A DNA stretch of 64,000 bases from Octopus vulgaris (taxonomy: Eukaryota), in NCBI GenBank assembly GCA_951406725.2, contig OX597828.1:2232001-2296000 (forward strand). Reading direction: 5' to 3'. Shown in pieces: positions 1 to 13,706 of the stretch. The notes beneath the pieces were generated by a model. That model saw nothing but the letters and a program-made list of their open reading frames with translations, was not told the origin of the DNA and searched no databases. Each line of letters begins with the position of its first letter. Position 1 is the stretch's first letter. Both the position numbers and the translations under genes were made by a program.

Positions 1-98
1 ATGCCGTCGGTGTAGGCACTAAAGTCCATCCTGCGTTCCGGACTGCCATTCGTCCCAAACAGTTGAGCAAAGTGCTACTGAAATTCCGCACACATAAT
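1..98 (-). mobile_element. Tx1-like non-LTR retrotransposon ORF2 fragment (EN-RT linker), runs off window
   Basis: Minus-strand translation MCAEFQ*HFAQLFGTNGSPERRMDFSAYTDG parallels QMYAASQRHIARLFGANGRTENRADFGVYLD in the copy at 2653-2916. Confidence 0.65.
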
Positions 99-1231
99 GT
101 TTTCTTTATTGGCCACAAGGGCCGAACACAAAACAAATAGGGACAATACAACACGAGGAACAAGTGGGGGTTGGCTCAATGTCGAGTATAAAATAAATAA
201 CAATAACAATTAACAATAAAATTAAACAACAAAAATTCCCCAAAAGGTGGGGAGTTCTTCTCAAGAACAATCGAGGAATCCCACACATCCTGGTTTCCCC
301 GAACGCCAGGGACAGCTCAGCAGGTGCCACTCTCCTGAATTCCTTCGGTTTACAAGCTTTGCTCAGAGTAGGCCCATTCACACAGGTCATTTTCACAACA
401 GTCACCGACCTTTCAACAAAAATATTAGGGTGGCGTGGGGAATAGGCTATACTTCCCACTTCACCCTCACTTTCTTTCTCAGTTGGAACTTGAAAATGTC
501 GATGAGGGCTTGGCCGAAGAGGAAAGTGTCTGTCTTCAGTCCTTTCAGTATCGTTTACCACACTACCTTCTTCGCCACAGTCACCAGACACATGAAAACT
601 GGTTTTCCTTCCCGGCCAAAAGAAAGCGGCGGGGCATTCATCACGATAAACTCGGCTAATAATTGGATCTGTCCTGCACGCGTCAACACCTATTCGAGAA
701 AGTTCCACAAGTCAGAAATGCCCGGACACTGGGTGAGTGATTGCAGGACGGTTTCGTTGCCCTGCGCACATCTCGGACAAGTCCGTCTGACAGCACTTCT
801 GTATCGGTAGAGCTTTTCTCGAACCGACAGAGCTCCTTGGTAGCACCGCCAGGTTAGGGATTTCTCGAAATTATCCATAGGCCCCCGACCCGAAAGTCTT
901 CCGGAAAAGACCAGGTAGTTGATATCTCGTGAGGCCCAGAGTTTCCCTGGGGATATCGTCGCTCTTGCTCGACACTAATTCTCTATAGAACTCCATTGTG
1001 GTGCTTCTACCGACTGCACTGCCCGGTTAGCAGAAGACTGTAAGCGCTTGCCGAAAATCCAGATAGTAAGTGCCCTTTTTCGGTCTACGCTTGATCCTGG
1101 ACTGTAGTTCCGTCAGTGAGACGAGCTGTGAAAAATTGTCTGACAAACGGTGACCACACCCGCACACCGTTAAGAAAATACTGGAGATGTCGTAGCCTCA
1201 GCGCATGTCTGCACATCATTAGCCACGGTAT
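99..1231 (-). mobile_element. Tx1-like (L1 group) retrotransposon, 5'-truncated 3' fragment
   Basis: C-terminal CCHC region (RTCPRCAQGNETVLQSLTQCP), LRHLQYFL motif, 3' UTR ending ...GGCCCTTGTGGCCAATAAAG on minus strand. Confidence 0.8.
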
Positions 1232-4200
1232 GCAAAACATTAAAATCCAACGACATAAAAGACAAAAACAGGCCGATGCAATGGGTTTTACCGTGTGTAC
1301 ACAATATAATAACAATAAAAATTAAACAAATTAAAACTCCCAATAGGGGAGGCGCTTTAAGGTCCTCGTGGAAAAACCGACAAAAGCCACGGGTGCCTAA
1401 ACAAAGGGCAAGATCCCTTCTTTTTTTTACAGGTGCACGCTCAGAATTGGTCCTTTCACACTGGTCATTTTTTCAACATTCACCCATGTTTCAACAAACT
1501 TTCTGCAAGGCAACACTCCCCTCTCCACCCTCAACTTCCTTTTCGAGTGAAACTTGGCCAAAGAGGAAAGTGCCTGACGTTAGCCCTTTCAAACGGGTCC
1601 ATCAAACTACCTCTTTCGCTACAGCCACTAGACAAATAAAAATTGTTTCCCCTCCCAGCCAAAAGAGAGCGGCGGGGCAATCCTCACAATTGATTCAGCT
1701 AATAGCCGGATCCGTCTTACACGCGACAACAGGTGTGCAACATAAATCCAAAGGTCAGCAATACTCGGGCACTGGACTAGGGCGTGCAGAACGGTTTCAT
1801 CGTGGCTGTAAATTTTATGCCGAACAGGCAGTGCCCCTGGAAGTTATCCACAAGCCCAGGCCCAAAAGTTCTCCGAAACAGACCGTTTAGTTGATCTTCA
1901 TCGACGCCCATTTATATCCCCAAGAACGTCGTCGCACTTTCCATCCACTAGCCCTCTATAGAACGTTAGAGTGGAACTACCACCGACCGCATTGCCCACC
2001 TGGCGGAGAGCTGTGAGCACTTGACGGCACTCGAAGTACCAAGCACCCTTCCTCGGTCTACGTTTGATCGAGGATTGCAGTACAGTAAAAGAGACGAGCT
2101 GTAGAAAAGTGTCTCTTACAAACGGTGACCATACTTGCTCACCGTCAAGGAAACGCTGGAGATACGGCAACCTCAGCGTATGTCTGCGCATCAGCAACCA
2201 CGGCATGCTGTTAACAGCAGATAGAGCGCCTGACCAATGGAACGCGTCCCTTCTGCAGAAAATGGAAGAGTAAGCACACCAGATTGGTCAAAAAGTAAAC
2301 AGGGCAAGGGACGGCAGTCAAGCGATGTACGATGGCTTGACACTATGACGGTGACATCATCAGCGTTGGCAGACACACTTCTCCCACATCCTAGATAACG
2401 CGGGACACCCCACAAAGCCTCCAGCTTTCGCAGTAATAGCTCAAGAGTCAGTACATACAGAAGGGAGGAGAGAAGGCACCCTACTCTTGACGGACCGACA
2501 AGCGCCAACCACTTGACGGACCGACAAGCGCCAACCACTTGGCTAACACCTTGGCCAATATCTTCAACTCTGCACTGAGCAGAGTTATGGGCCTGAAATT
2601 CCCTATAACGTCCCCCTTGTCTGGGTCATTTCCCAGCAGTGCTACCGCCCCTCTACAAACTTTTCATCGCTTCCTGTATTCCCGCGGCTGTTATTGGCCT
2701 TTCGCAGCATTCCGCCTCGCTCGCCGAGAGTCGTGGAAGGATGTCCAGGTAGACACCGAAGTCTGCTCTGTTTTCAGTCCTACCATTCGCCCCAAACAGT
2801 CGAGCAATGTGCCGCTGAGAAGCCGCATACATCTGTTTCGGCTCAAACATCACGAATCCGCTCTGATCCACCAAAGACCGAATGGTGACTTTATTGCCAC
2901 TTTTCGCCTCCGCCACGCGGGCCCATCGTGACGCTTTCTTTCTCTCCCCGCTTAGTGAACGTGCCTTAGCTCTGATAACGTAGCCTTTCTAACTAAATCT
3001 CCCGCTATTCTATTTCTTTCTATCGCTAATGCCTTGCTAAACCTAATCGAATCTACTCTAATTGACCTTTTAAGAGCAAACCACCAGTTGTTGTTGACGA
3101 TTGCGCCTGTCAACACCCGCTTAATTAATTCTTTAATCCGGTCTCTGTAAGCTTTACACGCCGGTAACGACATGTTCAGCTTTCAGTAACTGGGACCCTG
3201 TCTCTGAAGCCTATCTAAGTCGACTGTACAGATCACATATTTGTGGTCTGTGTAGCCGATCATGTGAAATTGTGGACACCCTCTGCTATCCTTATCCGCT
3301 GGCCTACAAAATTCTCTCCCTAGATACAATCTCGATGACCCGATGCGGTTTGTCCAAGTCCACATTTAGGCCTTTCGCAGCACTCCAATCTCTTCTTACC
3401 TTCTGGATCCAGGAAGACTGCCTTTATTTTCAAATCCAGACTCTTCCGGAAAAGCACCACAGTATCACCACTTCCCCCTCCCGGCCGACACGGAGATAGG
3501 TAGATCTCGTATCCACCGAAAAAGGTGACGAGGTTCCGTGGGTCGTATAGTCTGGATTCATTAATGGCTGCAACATCTATACTAAGGGACCTTATGTCAT
3601 TTAAAAGGTGACCTTGTTTCCAAAACGATCCGAGGCCCCTGACATTTACACAACCTATTCTGAGCATCACCATTATAAAATACATTCAGAGAAGAGCTCT
3701 CTTATCATTGTTGTCTGGCATTGTTGTTCCCCTGGTCTTTGTTGTGGGCGTTTCCACGAGGTTTTTGTAGTCTTTTCGAAAAAAGTTTTCTGAAAAGACC
3801 CAGCAGCAGCATTAGGAAAGTTAATTTTAATGCGTTGTAGGTGTCATGTTTTAATTTCAAAAGGTGTATGTGTGGTGGTGGTGGTGGTGGTGCATTGTGC
3901 GTTGGAAAGACAAAGTTTTCCATTGAGGTGTCTGTGTGTTGTCTGATGTATTTAACAAGGTCTGTTTTGTCGATGACGATGGCTGTGAGATTGGGGGCGT
4001 TTGTGCAGTCAGTTTGTGTTGGTGTTTGAGGTGGTAGTGCTGGTGGTGGTATTGTTGATTGCTGTGTGTGTGCATTGGTGCCGTTGGGAAGTTCCTTCTA
4101 TTTGCGCCTCTCCCTCTTTTCTTCTACTGTCTTTTTCCCCCTTTTTTAGGGGGAACTGTTTGCCACTCCGCCTTCTCGACCTCCCTCAATATTCAAACAG

Positions 4201-5647
4201 TCCGAGTTGTTTTGATCAAGAAGGTGAATATTTTCTGGTGGATATTCTTTTTTTTTGGGGGGGGGGTATTAGCTGTTTCTGGTGGCGAGTGCTGTACTCC
4301 GACTGGTGTTGGTGGTGCTTCGGCTGGTGTTGGTGGTACTCTGACTAGTAGTGGTACTCCGGCTGGTGGTAGTACTCCGACTGGTGGTGGTGGTACTCCG
4401 TTCGGTGTTGTTGGTGTTGCCCTGGCGACTGCTGGAGGCGGCGTCACTGTTGCTGGTGCTGAAGGGGTTGCTTTCAGCTGCTGCTGCACTTGAGCTTCTG
4501 CTGTCGCTGGCAGCTTCTGTCTCGTCTCTTTGTATTTGGGGCAGTCGACCTTGAGGTGCTAATCACTCCCACAAAAGTAGCACCTCGCCCACCTTCCCTC
4601 CACGGCTACGTGTAGTCTTGTGCCGTCTGGTAAGTTTATGGCGTCAGGGATAGAATTTATGGCCTCTTGTTCAATTTGAACAAGAAGCTCTAATCCCTGA
4701 CATGTCCAATTTTGTTGATGCAATTTATGCACCTCCGGTATTCTGGCGTTATCCTCTATATCATAGAGGACAGCCGCCACCAGTCAGCATATATTTATTT
4801 GGTGGGGGGGGGCACCTCTCCAATTTTAATTTTGATGACGCGCCGACCTAGTTATGTCGGCATGAGGAGGAATTCCTGTTTTTTAGTGGCACTGTGGAAA
4901 GCTGTCTTGCTTCTTCTACCGTTGCGAAGCGTAGTTCCACAGTGCCGAAACGTGTTCCTCGCGTCACATAGGTTTTACTCGTCGATATAGATCGCAACGC
5001 AATTTCTAGTTGCTCTTTCTACTCTTTTCTTTTTTAATATCCAATGATCTATAGATTGCTGTTTTCTCCTTTATCAGTATTTCTTTTTATCAGTTGTTGT
5101 GGTGTGTTAAGGAAAATATTATTTTCTTCCTTCCTCAACAAACCCTTTACATTTTTTTAACTCGTTAATAATTAAATGAATTAACCCTCTCAATTGTCTC
5201 GCCGCCGGGGCGAAACCGTTGTCGCTTGGTTTGTCATTGCTTTTCTTGTTTGATTCTTCCTTTTCGTTTGTGTTTACTGTGTTCATGTCGGTGGTGACGT
5301 TGGCGGTGTTTTCTTCGTTTACTTTTTCCTTTTCCATGTTAGCGTTGGTACTGTTAGTTATGTTCGTACTTGCCCTGTTCAGAGGGGGGAGGATCCTGTC
5401 TGTATTGGTCGACAGAGGAAGCCATCTTGTTTTTTCGTTAGAGGTAAAAAACAATATTTTTTAAAGGACTAAAAAGTCCAAAATTCGCCCCTAAAAGGGG
5501 GAACCTTCAACAAAAGAACCCCATCTGCACGCCAAAATGGGGTCGGAAAACAAAAAACAAACAAACAAAACAGTCAAGAAACTTGAAAAAATCACAACAA
5601 AATCCAAACTCACGGAGCGCTGAATACACACGTCTTCACTCGCCGAC
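1232..5647 (-). mobile_element. Tx1-like retrotransposon, near full length, degraded (ORF1, AP endonuclease, RT)
   Basis: APE N-terminus LRIGCVNVRGL...AAINES (3320-3685), TDHK motif, RT pieces (SVSANADDVTV), ORF1 with zinc knuckle RCYFCGSD (4559-4780) and Pro-rich tail; many stops and deletions. Confidence 0.85.
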
Positions 5648-7037
5648 AATAATAATGATAATAATATGCAAATACATTACATTGTAAAACACACATAAGC
5701 ACCGATATAAAAGCATAAACACAAAGGTATTTCAATGCATTCAGTTTTGCATATACTTATAAACAAAAGATAACTCGATTCGCCCTCTGCCTCCTTTTCG
5801 TAGTCATATGTTTATATGTACGCATTTATATCTCTGTTCAATCAAAATGTGTAATATTTATAGAGTACGATATATGAGCACCCATGCAGATATTCCGTCT
5901 CTCAGTTTACCATTGTCTCATATACTCAAAATAACAGATTCGCTGAAAATATAATTCTATTTATTGATAAATAGGAGGTGAATGCATCAAAGAATAGTAT
6001 AATACATTGAATCTATTCGATATAATAACAGTATAGTTTTATATTCTAGTTTAAATCCCCATAGTGAGTGATAATGCAGCAAATACTTTAGTCCTGCTTT
6101 CTGCTGCCTCCGTATAATTTATCACCATTGCCCTACTAATAAACCATCTACAAAGATACAATCGTATTATTATTTTTTTTCTTTTTGCTCTTTCATTATT
6201 TGTCAACTCTGTAGACAGATAATGGAATCAGACTGCACACCATTTTCCGATTATTTTTTTTCCTCTCATTTGTTACTATGTGTTACTAAGTATAGAGCTA
6301 GGGGAATGAATACTTTATGAAGGTAATCCACAGTGATATATTGTACGAAACCGTCGTTCTTTATCCAGGTGACTGGTATCGCGTATATTTAAAAGCTTTT
6401 ATGGATACTTAAACTCAAATGTGAATTTATGTCTTAGTCTGTAAGTACATATTTAACAGTATTCAAACTCGAACACTCACCGTATAACTGTATAACTGAT
6501 GTCTAAATATCTATCTGTAGTTCAAGGCTGAAGAAAGATTACCCTGGAGGGAGGTTCCATTCAAATGTAATTTTTCTTGAATTATTATGCGAAAGTAAAC
6601 TCTTCGGCATGAGATTAAGCAATATATCTTCACTAATATTATGAATTTCCTGCAATTATTTGGTAAGCATATCAACATTAGAAATTTACTGTATAGTACT
6701 AGAGAACAAGAAACAATTTTACTATTTGAATATCTTTAAAAAAATGTGGTGGGTTGAACATCTTTAGTTTGTTCGATAGAACCTTTTGTATATCCGGGAC
6801 GATACTTATTCATGGTTAGTGTTAATCCGACGTCAGTTTGTTTCCAGAACAACTCGTGTGCTAATTATTTATATTCAGTGCCTTTTTCGTTTGAATTAGG
6901 TCACGTATATTTAGCATCCTATTTACATTATCAATCTATCCCTCTATCTATCTCCTAAATAATGCATATACATATATTTACTTCATAGTCATATTCGCAG
7001 AGACAAATAAACAAATATGCATAATATGATAATATGA

Positions 7038-7038
<1 letters not shown>

Positions 7039-7096
<58 letters not shown>
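7039..7096. repeat. (TG)n microsatellite
   Basis: Direct inspection. Confidence 0.95.
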
Positions 7097-7101
<5 letters not shown>

Positions 7102-7191
7102 GTGTGTAACATTCTTTTAAATCGCCAATCAATATACAAACATCAAAAGAGTGAAAATGTGAAACACTTGTGTTCTTTCTGAATACATTAG

Positions 7192-7310
7192 GACTAACAA
7201 CATAACGACAACACCAGAAATGAACAGAAATGGTATAACAACAACACTGGCAGACACGAAAACAACCAACTTAACTAACCTCACATTAGAAGCCAATGAG
7301 AGAGCTTTCG
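7192..7310 (+). other. Candidate host exon, Thr/Asn-rich mucin-like peptide
   Basis: AG at 7190-7191, GTTTGT at 7311, open frame TNNITTTPEMNRNGITTTLADTKTTNLTNLTLEANERAF with three NxT sequons; no neighbouring exons identified. Confidence 0.25.
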
Positions 7311-7546
7311 GTTTGTCACTCAACCTGCCAAAATAGCAGCAAAATCTCCTTCAGACGACATCGTAGCATCCTTAAATAGAAAAGATCCTCTGAAAACGTG
7401 GTCCATGTCATACAAAAAGTTAGGATTGTCATGGCTAGAACACATTTGATCATAGTTTGGCTCCATCCGGGTTGACCTACCGATAAACAACTGACATAAT
7501 AAACTCACCCATTACTTGCGAATATTGCAAGAATTAAGTTAATATG

Positions 7547-7726
7547 GAGATGTACTTGCATAGCAAGTGATTTGATCTGAGATCGTGTGCTGGAACGAAA
7601 ACAATTGCAGCGTGGAAGGTGTTTGTAAGCCATTTAAGAAACACACAAAAGCCGTTCGATTCACTTCAACATTTAAGTTTAATTTGTCAAAATATTTTCG
7701 TCTGACAAAAATCCGTGCTGCATCTC
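7547..7726. mobile_element. 180-bp insertion with 12-bp target-site duplication
   Basis: TAAGTTAATATG at 7535-7546 and 7727-7738; termini GAGATG...CATCTC are inverted. Confidence 0.75.
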
Positions 7727-8226
7727 TAAGTTAATATGTTTTAGAATAATTAGATGGAAATGATGCTACTTATAAGGAATGTATAGTGAAAGTAACGTTT
7801 TGAATGTATGACCACTATAGTGTCAGATATAAAGCCAAAAAACTGTTCAGATTGAATAAATCCTTAGATATATGAATTTTATGAATTTTATGCATCTTTA
7901 GATATATGAAATATTTGCTTTCGCTCTAAAGTTCATCGGTGAGAGTACCGTAGGGTCAACAGAATCTAGAATTTCTAAGGAATATGGTAATTCTAGCCGT
8001 GGGCTATTCGCAAAATAGGTTTTGAGTTAAAGGTATTTCACTTGTCTTAACTAAGACTATGTTATTATTGTAGGTGGGGACAAGTGAAAGTCAAAGAGAA
8101 TTACACAAGGTTGTGTGAAGATTATGCATTGGCACCGAAGGATTCGAGTGAATCTGCAAGAGAAACCATGTGAACACTGAAGTTAAATAAATGAGAGACA
8201 GAGATTATCAAATGATTATGTACACC

Positions 8227-9231
8227 ACGATGGGTGTATGAAAAGTTTTGTGCCTAACCTAGAAATGGGGCTGCTAGATAGCGGAAACTATTTTTTCTGG
8301 TAAGTACAGTCTTTTGAGAGTATTCTTGTTCATTTTCATGATTTTTATATTTTTATTTATTTTTTTTTGTTGCAGATTTTTGAATAAACAAGTGTCGAGG
8401 TTACAAGGAAAATGGAGAAAACTGAGTATCATGCTGTCATAAAGTACTTTCATTTGAAAGGCATGACTCCATCAGAAATCCATGTAGATATGGTGAGAAC
8501 CTTAGCAGACAATGCTCCTTTATATGCAACAGTCAAACGCTGGGTAAATGAATTCAAGCGTAGTAGGGAGAGTGTGGAATATGATCACAGACCAGGGAGA
8601 CCTCCAACTGCAACCACCAAGGACAACCTTGACCTTGCTCTTGGTATGATAATGCAAGATCGCCGAATATCATGTCATCAGATAGCCGAGAGACTGGGTA
8701 TCTCAACTGAAAGAGCAGGCAACATTATAACAAAAGAACTTGGGTTCTCAAAGGTGTCCGCAAGGTAGGTCCCTCACCTTTTGACTCCTGAACAGAAACG
8801 AAGCAGGTGCATTTTGTCCATGTGCAATCTAGAACTGTTTGAAGCCGATGAAGAGAATTTTCTTGCTCATTTCATTACTATGGACGAAAGATGAGTTCAT
8901 CACTACCATCCTGAAACCAAAGAGCAATCAAAGTAGTGGAAATACCCGTCTTCTACCCCAAAGAAGGCCAGGGTCATTCCTTCAGATGGCAAGGTCGTGG
9001 GTCCCTTTTTGAGATTCTAAAGGCGTGTTGCTGATCTATTTCCTTGAAAAGGGTCACACCATGACAAGGCTGTATTATTCTCAGCTACTGAAATGCCTCT
9101 GAGAAGCAATCAAAGAAAAACAGCCGGGAATGCTCACCAGAGGAGCCCTTTTTCATCAACGGAGTGCTAAAAGACATCACTTCACAAGAGTTCCAGCACT
9201 GCTTCGAATGATGGAAAACGCGCTTGGACCG
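8227..9231 (+). mobile_element. Mariner (DD34D-type) transposon, degraded
   Basis: ORF 8412-8768 MEKTEYHAVIKYF...RPGRP HTH region; downstream *VPHLL, ITMDE and C-terminal EFQHCFE*WKTRLDR remnants. Confidence 0.85.
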
Positions 9232-9319
9232 TACGTACATACATACATACATACATACATACATACATACATACATACATACATACATACATACATACAT
9301 ACATACATACATACATTCA

Positions 9320-10300
9320 TTCATATGGAGAAGACTATGCATGGATATGTTAGCAGAGCGCTCCGAGATCAACAAAGTAGTATATCATAGACCAATAGCA
9401 GGATTACTTCCGCCCACTTTGAAGGGTATGTGTTTGGAATCTAGGAACAGAATAGAAATGCAGGGAAAACAGTAAAATGTGACAGCCAATGCAGACTTTG
9501 TGGAGTTAACACGGAAGACATCACCCACATGATAAGCAGCTGTCCGAAAATGTCATCACGGTATAATACACTGATGAGACATGATGTTGTAGCTAGGACA
9601 CACTACAATGAAATCCGCCGGAAGTTTAACACCGAGGATAAAGAAATAAGATCCCACAGTATGGTAGAAGCCACAACCACTCATAATAAAAAGAAGTACT
9701 GATGGAATGTCCCAGTGAAAACCTCAATAGAATGTAAGCACAAGAGCCTGATATAATGATTTGGGAAACTGTGCACAATTGTAGAAATTAGCTGTCCAAC
9801 TGATGTTAACATAAAGTTGAAAATCAGTGGAAAAGTGGATATCTACGCTGAACTGTTGAGAAATCTACAGTTACTCTATCCAGATTACAAGTTCAGGTTT
9901 GTACCTGTAATTATTGAAGCCCTGTGATATGTAACGCACTGCCTAAATACCGATCTTGAGAAATTAGGCTTCTCAAAACCAGAAAGGAGAACGCTAATTC
10001 GAAGACTACAGATCACCTCTTTCACTGGAACTGTAAAAATCTGTAAAATCTAAAATTTAAATACATATGAGCATGTCAAGATATGCAACTATATGCATGA
10101 GAATACATCAATAAAACAAAACATACAAATCTGCACATACCTACATACATACATACATACATACATACATACATACATACATACATACATACATACAAAC
10201 ATACATACAAAAATACCCTGTTGTTGATGTTGAAATTCTGACGAAGGAGTTTTGGATCCAGTTTAGAAAACGTTTTTTTTTCTATTGGCAAGAGATAAAA
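9320..10300 (+). mobile_element. R4/Dong-like non-LTR retrotransposon 3' fragment (CCHC + restriction-like endonuclease)
   Basis: QCRLCGVNTEDITHMISSCPKMS, MRHDVVA, CTIVEISCP; closely parallels 22500-23140; preceded by (TACA)n at about 9235-9313. Confidence 0.8.
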
Positions 10301-10353
10301 TTTAATAATGACATACATGTGTACATATAAAACTGAATAATGACATATATACA

Positions 10354-11623
10354 CAGGGGTTGGTCAAAATAATGGAAATACCTAGCGTCATAGCATCATA
10401 ATTTTGAAATATCTATAAAACCGTCAAAAGCTTGTTTATTTTGATGTTTTTTGATTTATTATTAGTGTTGCTTACTATGTTTTGTTAAAATTGCTGTTTC
10501 TTTTCAGATATCAGAAAAAGGTAATTAAATTTCTCTAAAATGACAGATCTATCAGACTTTCACAGAGGTCAAATTGTTGGTGTTCGTATGGCAGGTACTA
10601 GAGTAACGAAAACAGCCGAAATGTTTGGTGTATCAAGAATTACTGTCTCGAAAGTAATGACAGTCTTTGAGAAACAGTGAAAAACCTCCTCATCGAAACA
10701 AAACTCCGGAAGAAAACCAAAACTTTCAGATAGAGACCGTCGGACTCTTACGCGAATTGTTAGAAAGGATCACAAGAGTGCAGCTCCCAAAATTACTGTA
10801 GGGCTTAATGACTACTTCGGGAACACAGTTTCCACAAAATCTGTTCACCGGGAGCTGCACAAACCCGGATTTCACTGGAGGATTGCAATCAGAAAAGCAC
10901 TACTTTCAAAAACAAACGCTGCAAAGCGTTTAGAGTGGAGTAAAAACCTACAGAATTGGTCCCTAGAGCAGTGGAAGAATGTTAATTTCTCGGACGAGTC
11001 ATGCTTTACCTTATTTCCAACCACTAGCCGAGTATACATGTGGAGACAGCCAAAAGAAGCATTTGACCCAGACTGCCTTCTTCCAACTGTTAAACATGGA
11101 AGAGAATCTGTGATGATCTGCGGGGACTATATCTTGGAAATCCGCCGGCCCAATGGTTTCCCTTCATGGCATAATTAATAGTCAAGACTATTTAAGCATT
11201 TTGTCTGATCAATTCATCCGATGGTTGCGGAACTGTTTCCAGAGGGAAACGTAATCTTTCAGAATAATAATGCATCAATTCACACAGCTAAAGTTGTTAC
11301 TGAACGGCATGAGGAACATTCTAGTGAAATTGAACATCTTATCTGGCCACCACAGTCCCCAGATCTCAATATTATTGAACATTTATGGTGCATTTTAGAA
11401 AAGCAAGTAAGAAGTCGATATCCTCCACCATCATCACTACAAGAACTGGAGACTGTTTTAACTAAAGAATAGACAAAAATTCCTTTGGAAACAATTCAAA
11501 CTTTGTATGAATCCATAGCTCGTAGAATTCATGCTGCAATTACTGCCAAAGGCAATCTTACCCCATATTAAAATAAATTTGTTTTAAATTTTAAGGTGTT
11601 TCCATTATTTTGTCCAACCCATG
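10354..11623 (+). mobile_element. Tc1-family transposon with terminal inverted repeats, transposase disrupted
   Basis: TIRs CAGGGGTTGGTCAAAATAATGGAAA / TTTCCATTATTTTGTCCAACCCATG followed by TA; MTDLSDFHRGQIVG start near 10540; FSDES; WPPQSPDLNIIE. Confidence 0.92.
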
Positions 11624-11625
11624 TA

Positions 11626-11669
<44 letters not shown>

Positions 11670-11784
11670 CATACATACATACATACTATATGCACACATA
11701 AGCATATACAAGCACAATCGCATAGAAATACACATTCACAGGTACACACAAACCCACAGACACACATCCATACTCAAACACATT

Positions 11785-12650
11785 TGGTGAGTGGAGATTT
11801 TGTTAATGTATAATATCCTTTCGTTCAATTTTCGTGTTTGTCGCCGTACCTTTCTGGGTGATTTTGATATCAAGGACATGAAAAATGTTTATGTCGGCTG
11901 TTATTTCAGAATTTGCATTTGGAAGATCTCCTGAAACTCCTTTCTCAAATGACTTTATTGACATAGATTTCTTTTTTTTTTTCTTTTTTTTTTTTTAGTT
12001 AATGTGAGCTGACCGTCATAATATACGCTATGCTGCATGTTGCTGAATTTTGTGTGAATCATGTTGTACAAGCCTATGATCTCGCAAATCTTAGAAGAGT
12101 CTTTGCTAGCCATTGGTATGTCGAAGGATATGTGGTCTCTTTTTATCTATGTGGTTTTATCAGAGAAAGCAAAGATAATGTCACCTCTGTTATAAACTTA
12201 GATCGTGGTCGATGAAAGTAATGCAGTTTTTACGAAGGTAGGTGTTTCTAAAAGTAGAGACTTCGGCGATCAAAGGTAAATTCCTACCATGTTAATCTGC
12301 GTAAATTTGCACAAATGCTTGTTGTCTATACAGGTGAACGATTTAGTACCAAATGTCATGTTATTCACTATAGGGAAGTGCACGCTTTCTCTATATTTCT
12401 GATGATTTTATGTACGATGATTCTATTTAAACGACTGATTTTTGTTTGGTGGAGTTTAAAAGTTTTGCTTGTGTTTTCATGCAAAATGTGTAGAGAACTA
12501 GGCGTTCGACTCTATCATTTGTGTCAAGTTCGACTGGTTTATGGAATTGAAGGTGTTCTGGTGAGGTATTTTATTTGTTAGTTGTTAGTACGGAGCTTTT
12601 TTATGTTTGCTGGTTTCATTCCAACCGTTTGAGTCGTTTAATGGTGCAAA
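11785..12650 (-). pseudogene. Ancient Penelope-like RT relic
   Basis: Minus-strand pieces SFDIPMASKDSSKICEIIGLY, VYYDGQL and NERILYINKISTH resemble PLE RT motifs (FDVTMGS...ELVGLY, YRDD, YINxxSNHP). Confidence 0.55.
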
Positions 12651-13595
12651 AACGTTTTTATCGTTTTGGATATTTTATATATTATTCCTAGATAATGTCA
12701 GAAGTTGCTTATGGGAAAACTCATAACTTAGACATTAAGTATAAAATACAATAGCTAAATCCCGATATCGATGCAGAAAATAATGTTACTTTTATACCTA
12801 ATCGTAAAATATACCCAGATAAGAACCATTTTATTGCAGATTCTACAAAAAGCTCACATTTTTGGGCATTCATAGGTTCACCACATGAAATACACAACAT
12901 TTTTATTCGTGAAAATTTCTTAGAAAAGCTTCAGATCACTTGATCTTACATGTTATATTGTAAGTTTTTCAAAATATTTGAACGTTAGCACACTTAACTA
13001 TGTATCTATTTGTGAAACCAATAATCCCCGTAGAGTGACCTAAACGTGACCCAAACAGATCTCGCCGTATCATATTGACTGTCATCAACATGAAACTTTA
13101 TTTAGCAACTGGATTAGACAGTGATTTAATCACACACGTACACACACACGCTCATGCATATATATATATATAAAGTTCAAGAATAAAGGTTATGGCATTC
13201 ATTTAGTAGTTTTAACAAATGCATAGTTCAGATAAGTCATGAATTTATATTCACGTGAATATAAATACAATTGTATAATGTTACGGCATATGACGTGTTA
13301 CTCGTGTTTATCTCATCAGACAAAGATCAAAAATGCAATATATTTGCACTTGGACAGTTACCATATATATGGTTGTTTATTCATACAAGTGAAGGAAAAG
13401 TCTCGTATGTAGAAGAGAGGAGTGAATATTATGATGCGCATGTGAGAAATAGGATAGGCCAGTGTTAAAATCAGAGTCTAACTTAGTTGCATTGAATGAG
13501 GTTACTGACTCATAATGCATTTAATATATTATAATACCCTACTATAAGGAAATGAATATCTGGAACTTGATTATCAGCATATAGGGAGTGGAACT

Positions 13596-13619
13596 ATATA
13601 TATACATATATACATATAC

Positions 13620-13706
<87 letters not shown>

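Noticed and set aside
247-2931. Plus-strand ORFs of 130-204 aa
   Set aside because: Antisense shadows of the minus-strand Tx1 ORF2
7129-7508. Minus-strand hydrophobic ORFs resembling a membrane protein
   Set aside because: Antisense reading of an AC-rich strand; the 3' part (GATTGTCATGGCT.GAA) recurs near 39206 and 60840, so it is a dispersed repeat
8412-8768. Host SETMAR-like gene
   Set aside because: No SET domain; the transposase continues with multiple stops, so it is a mariner relic
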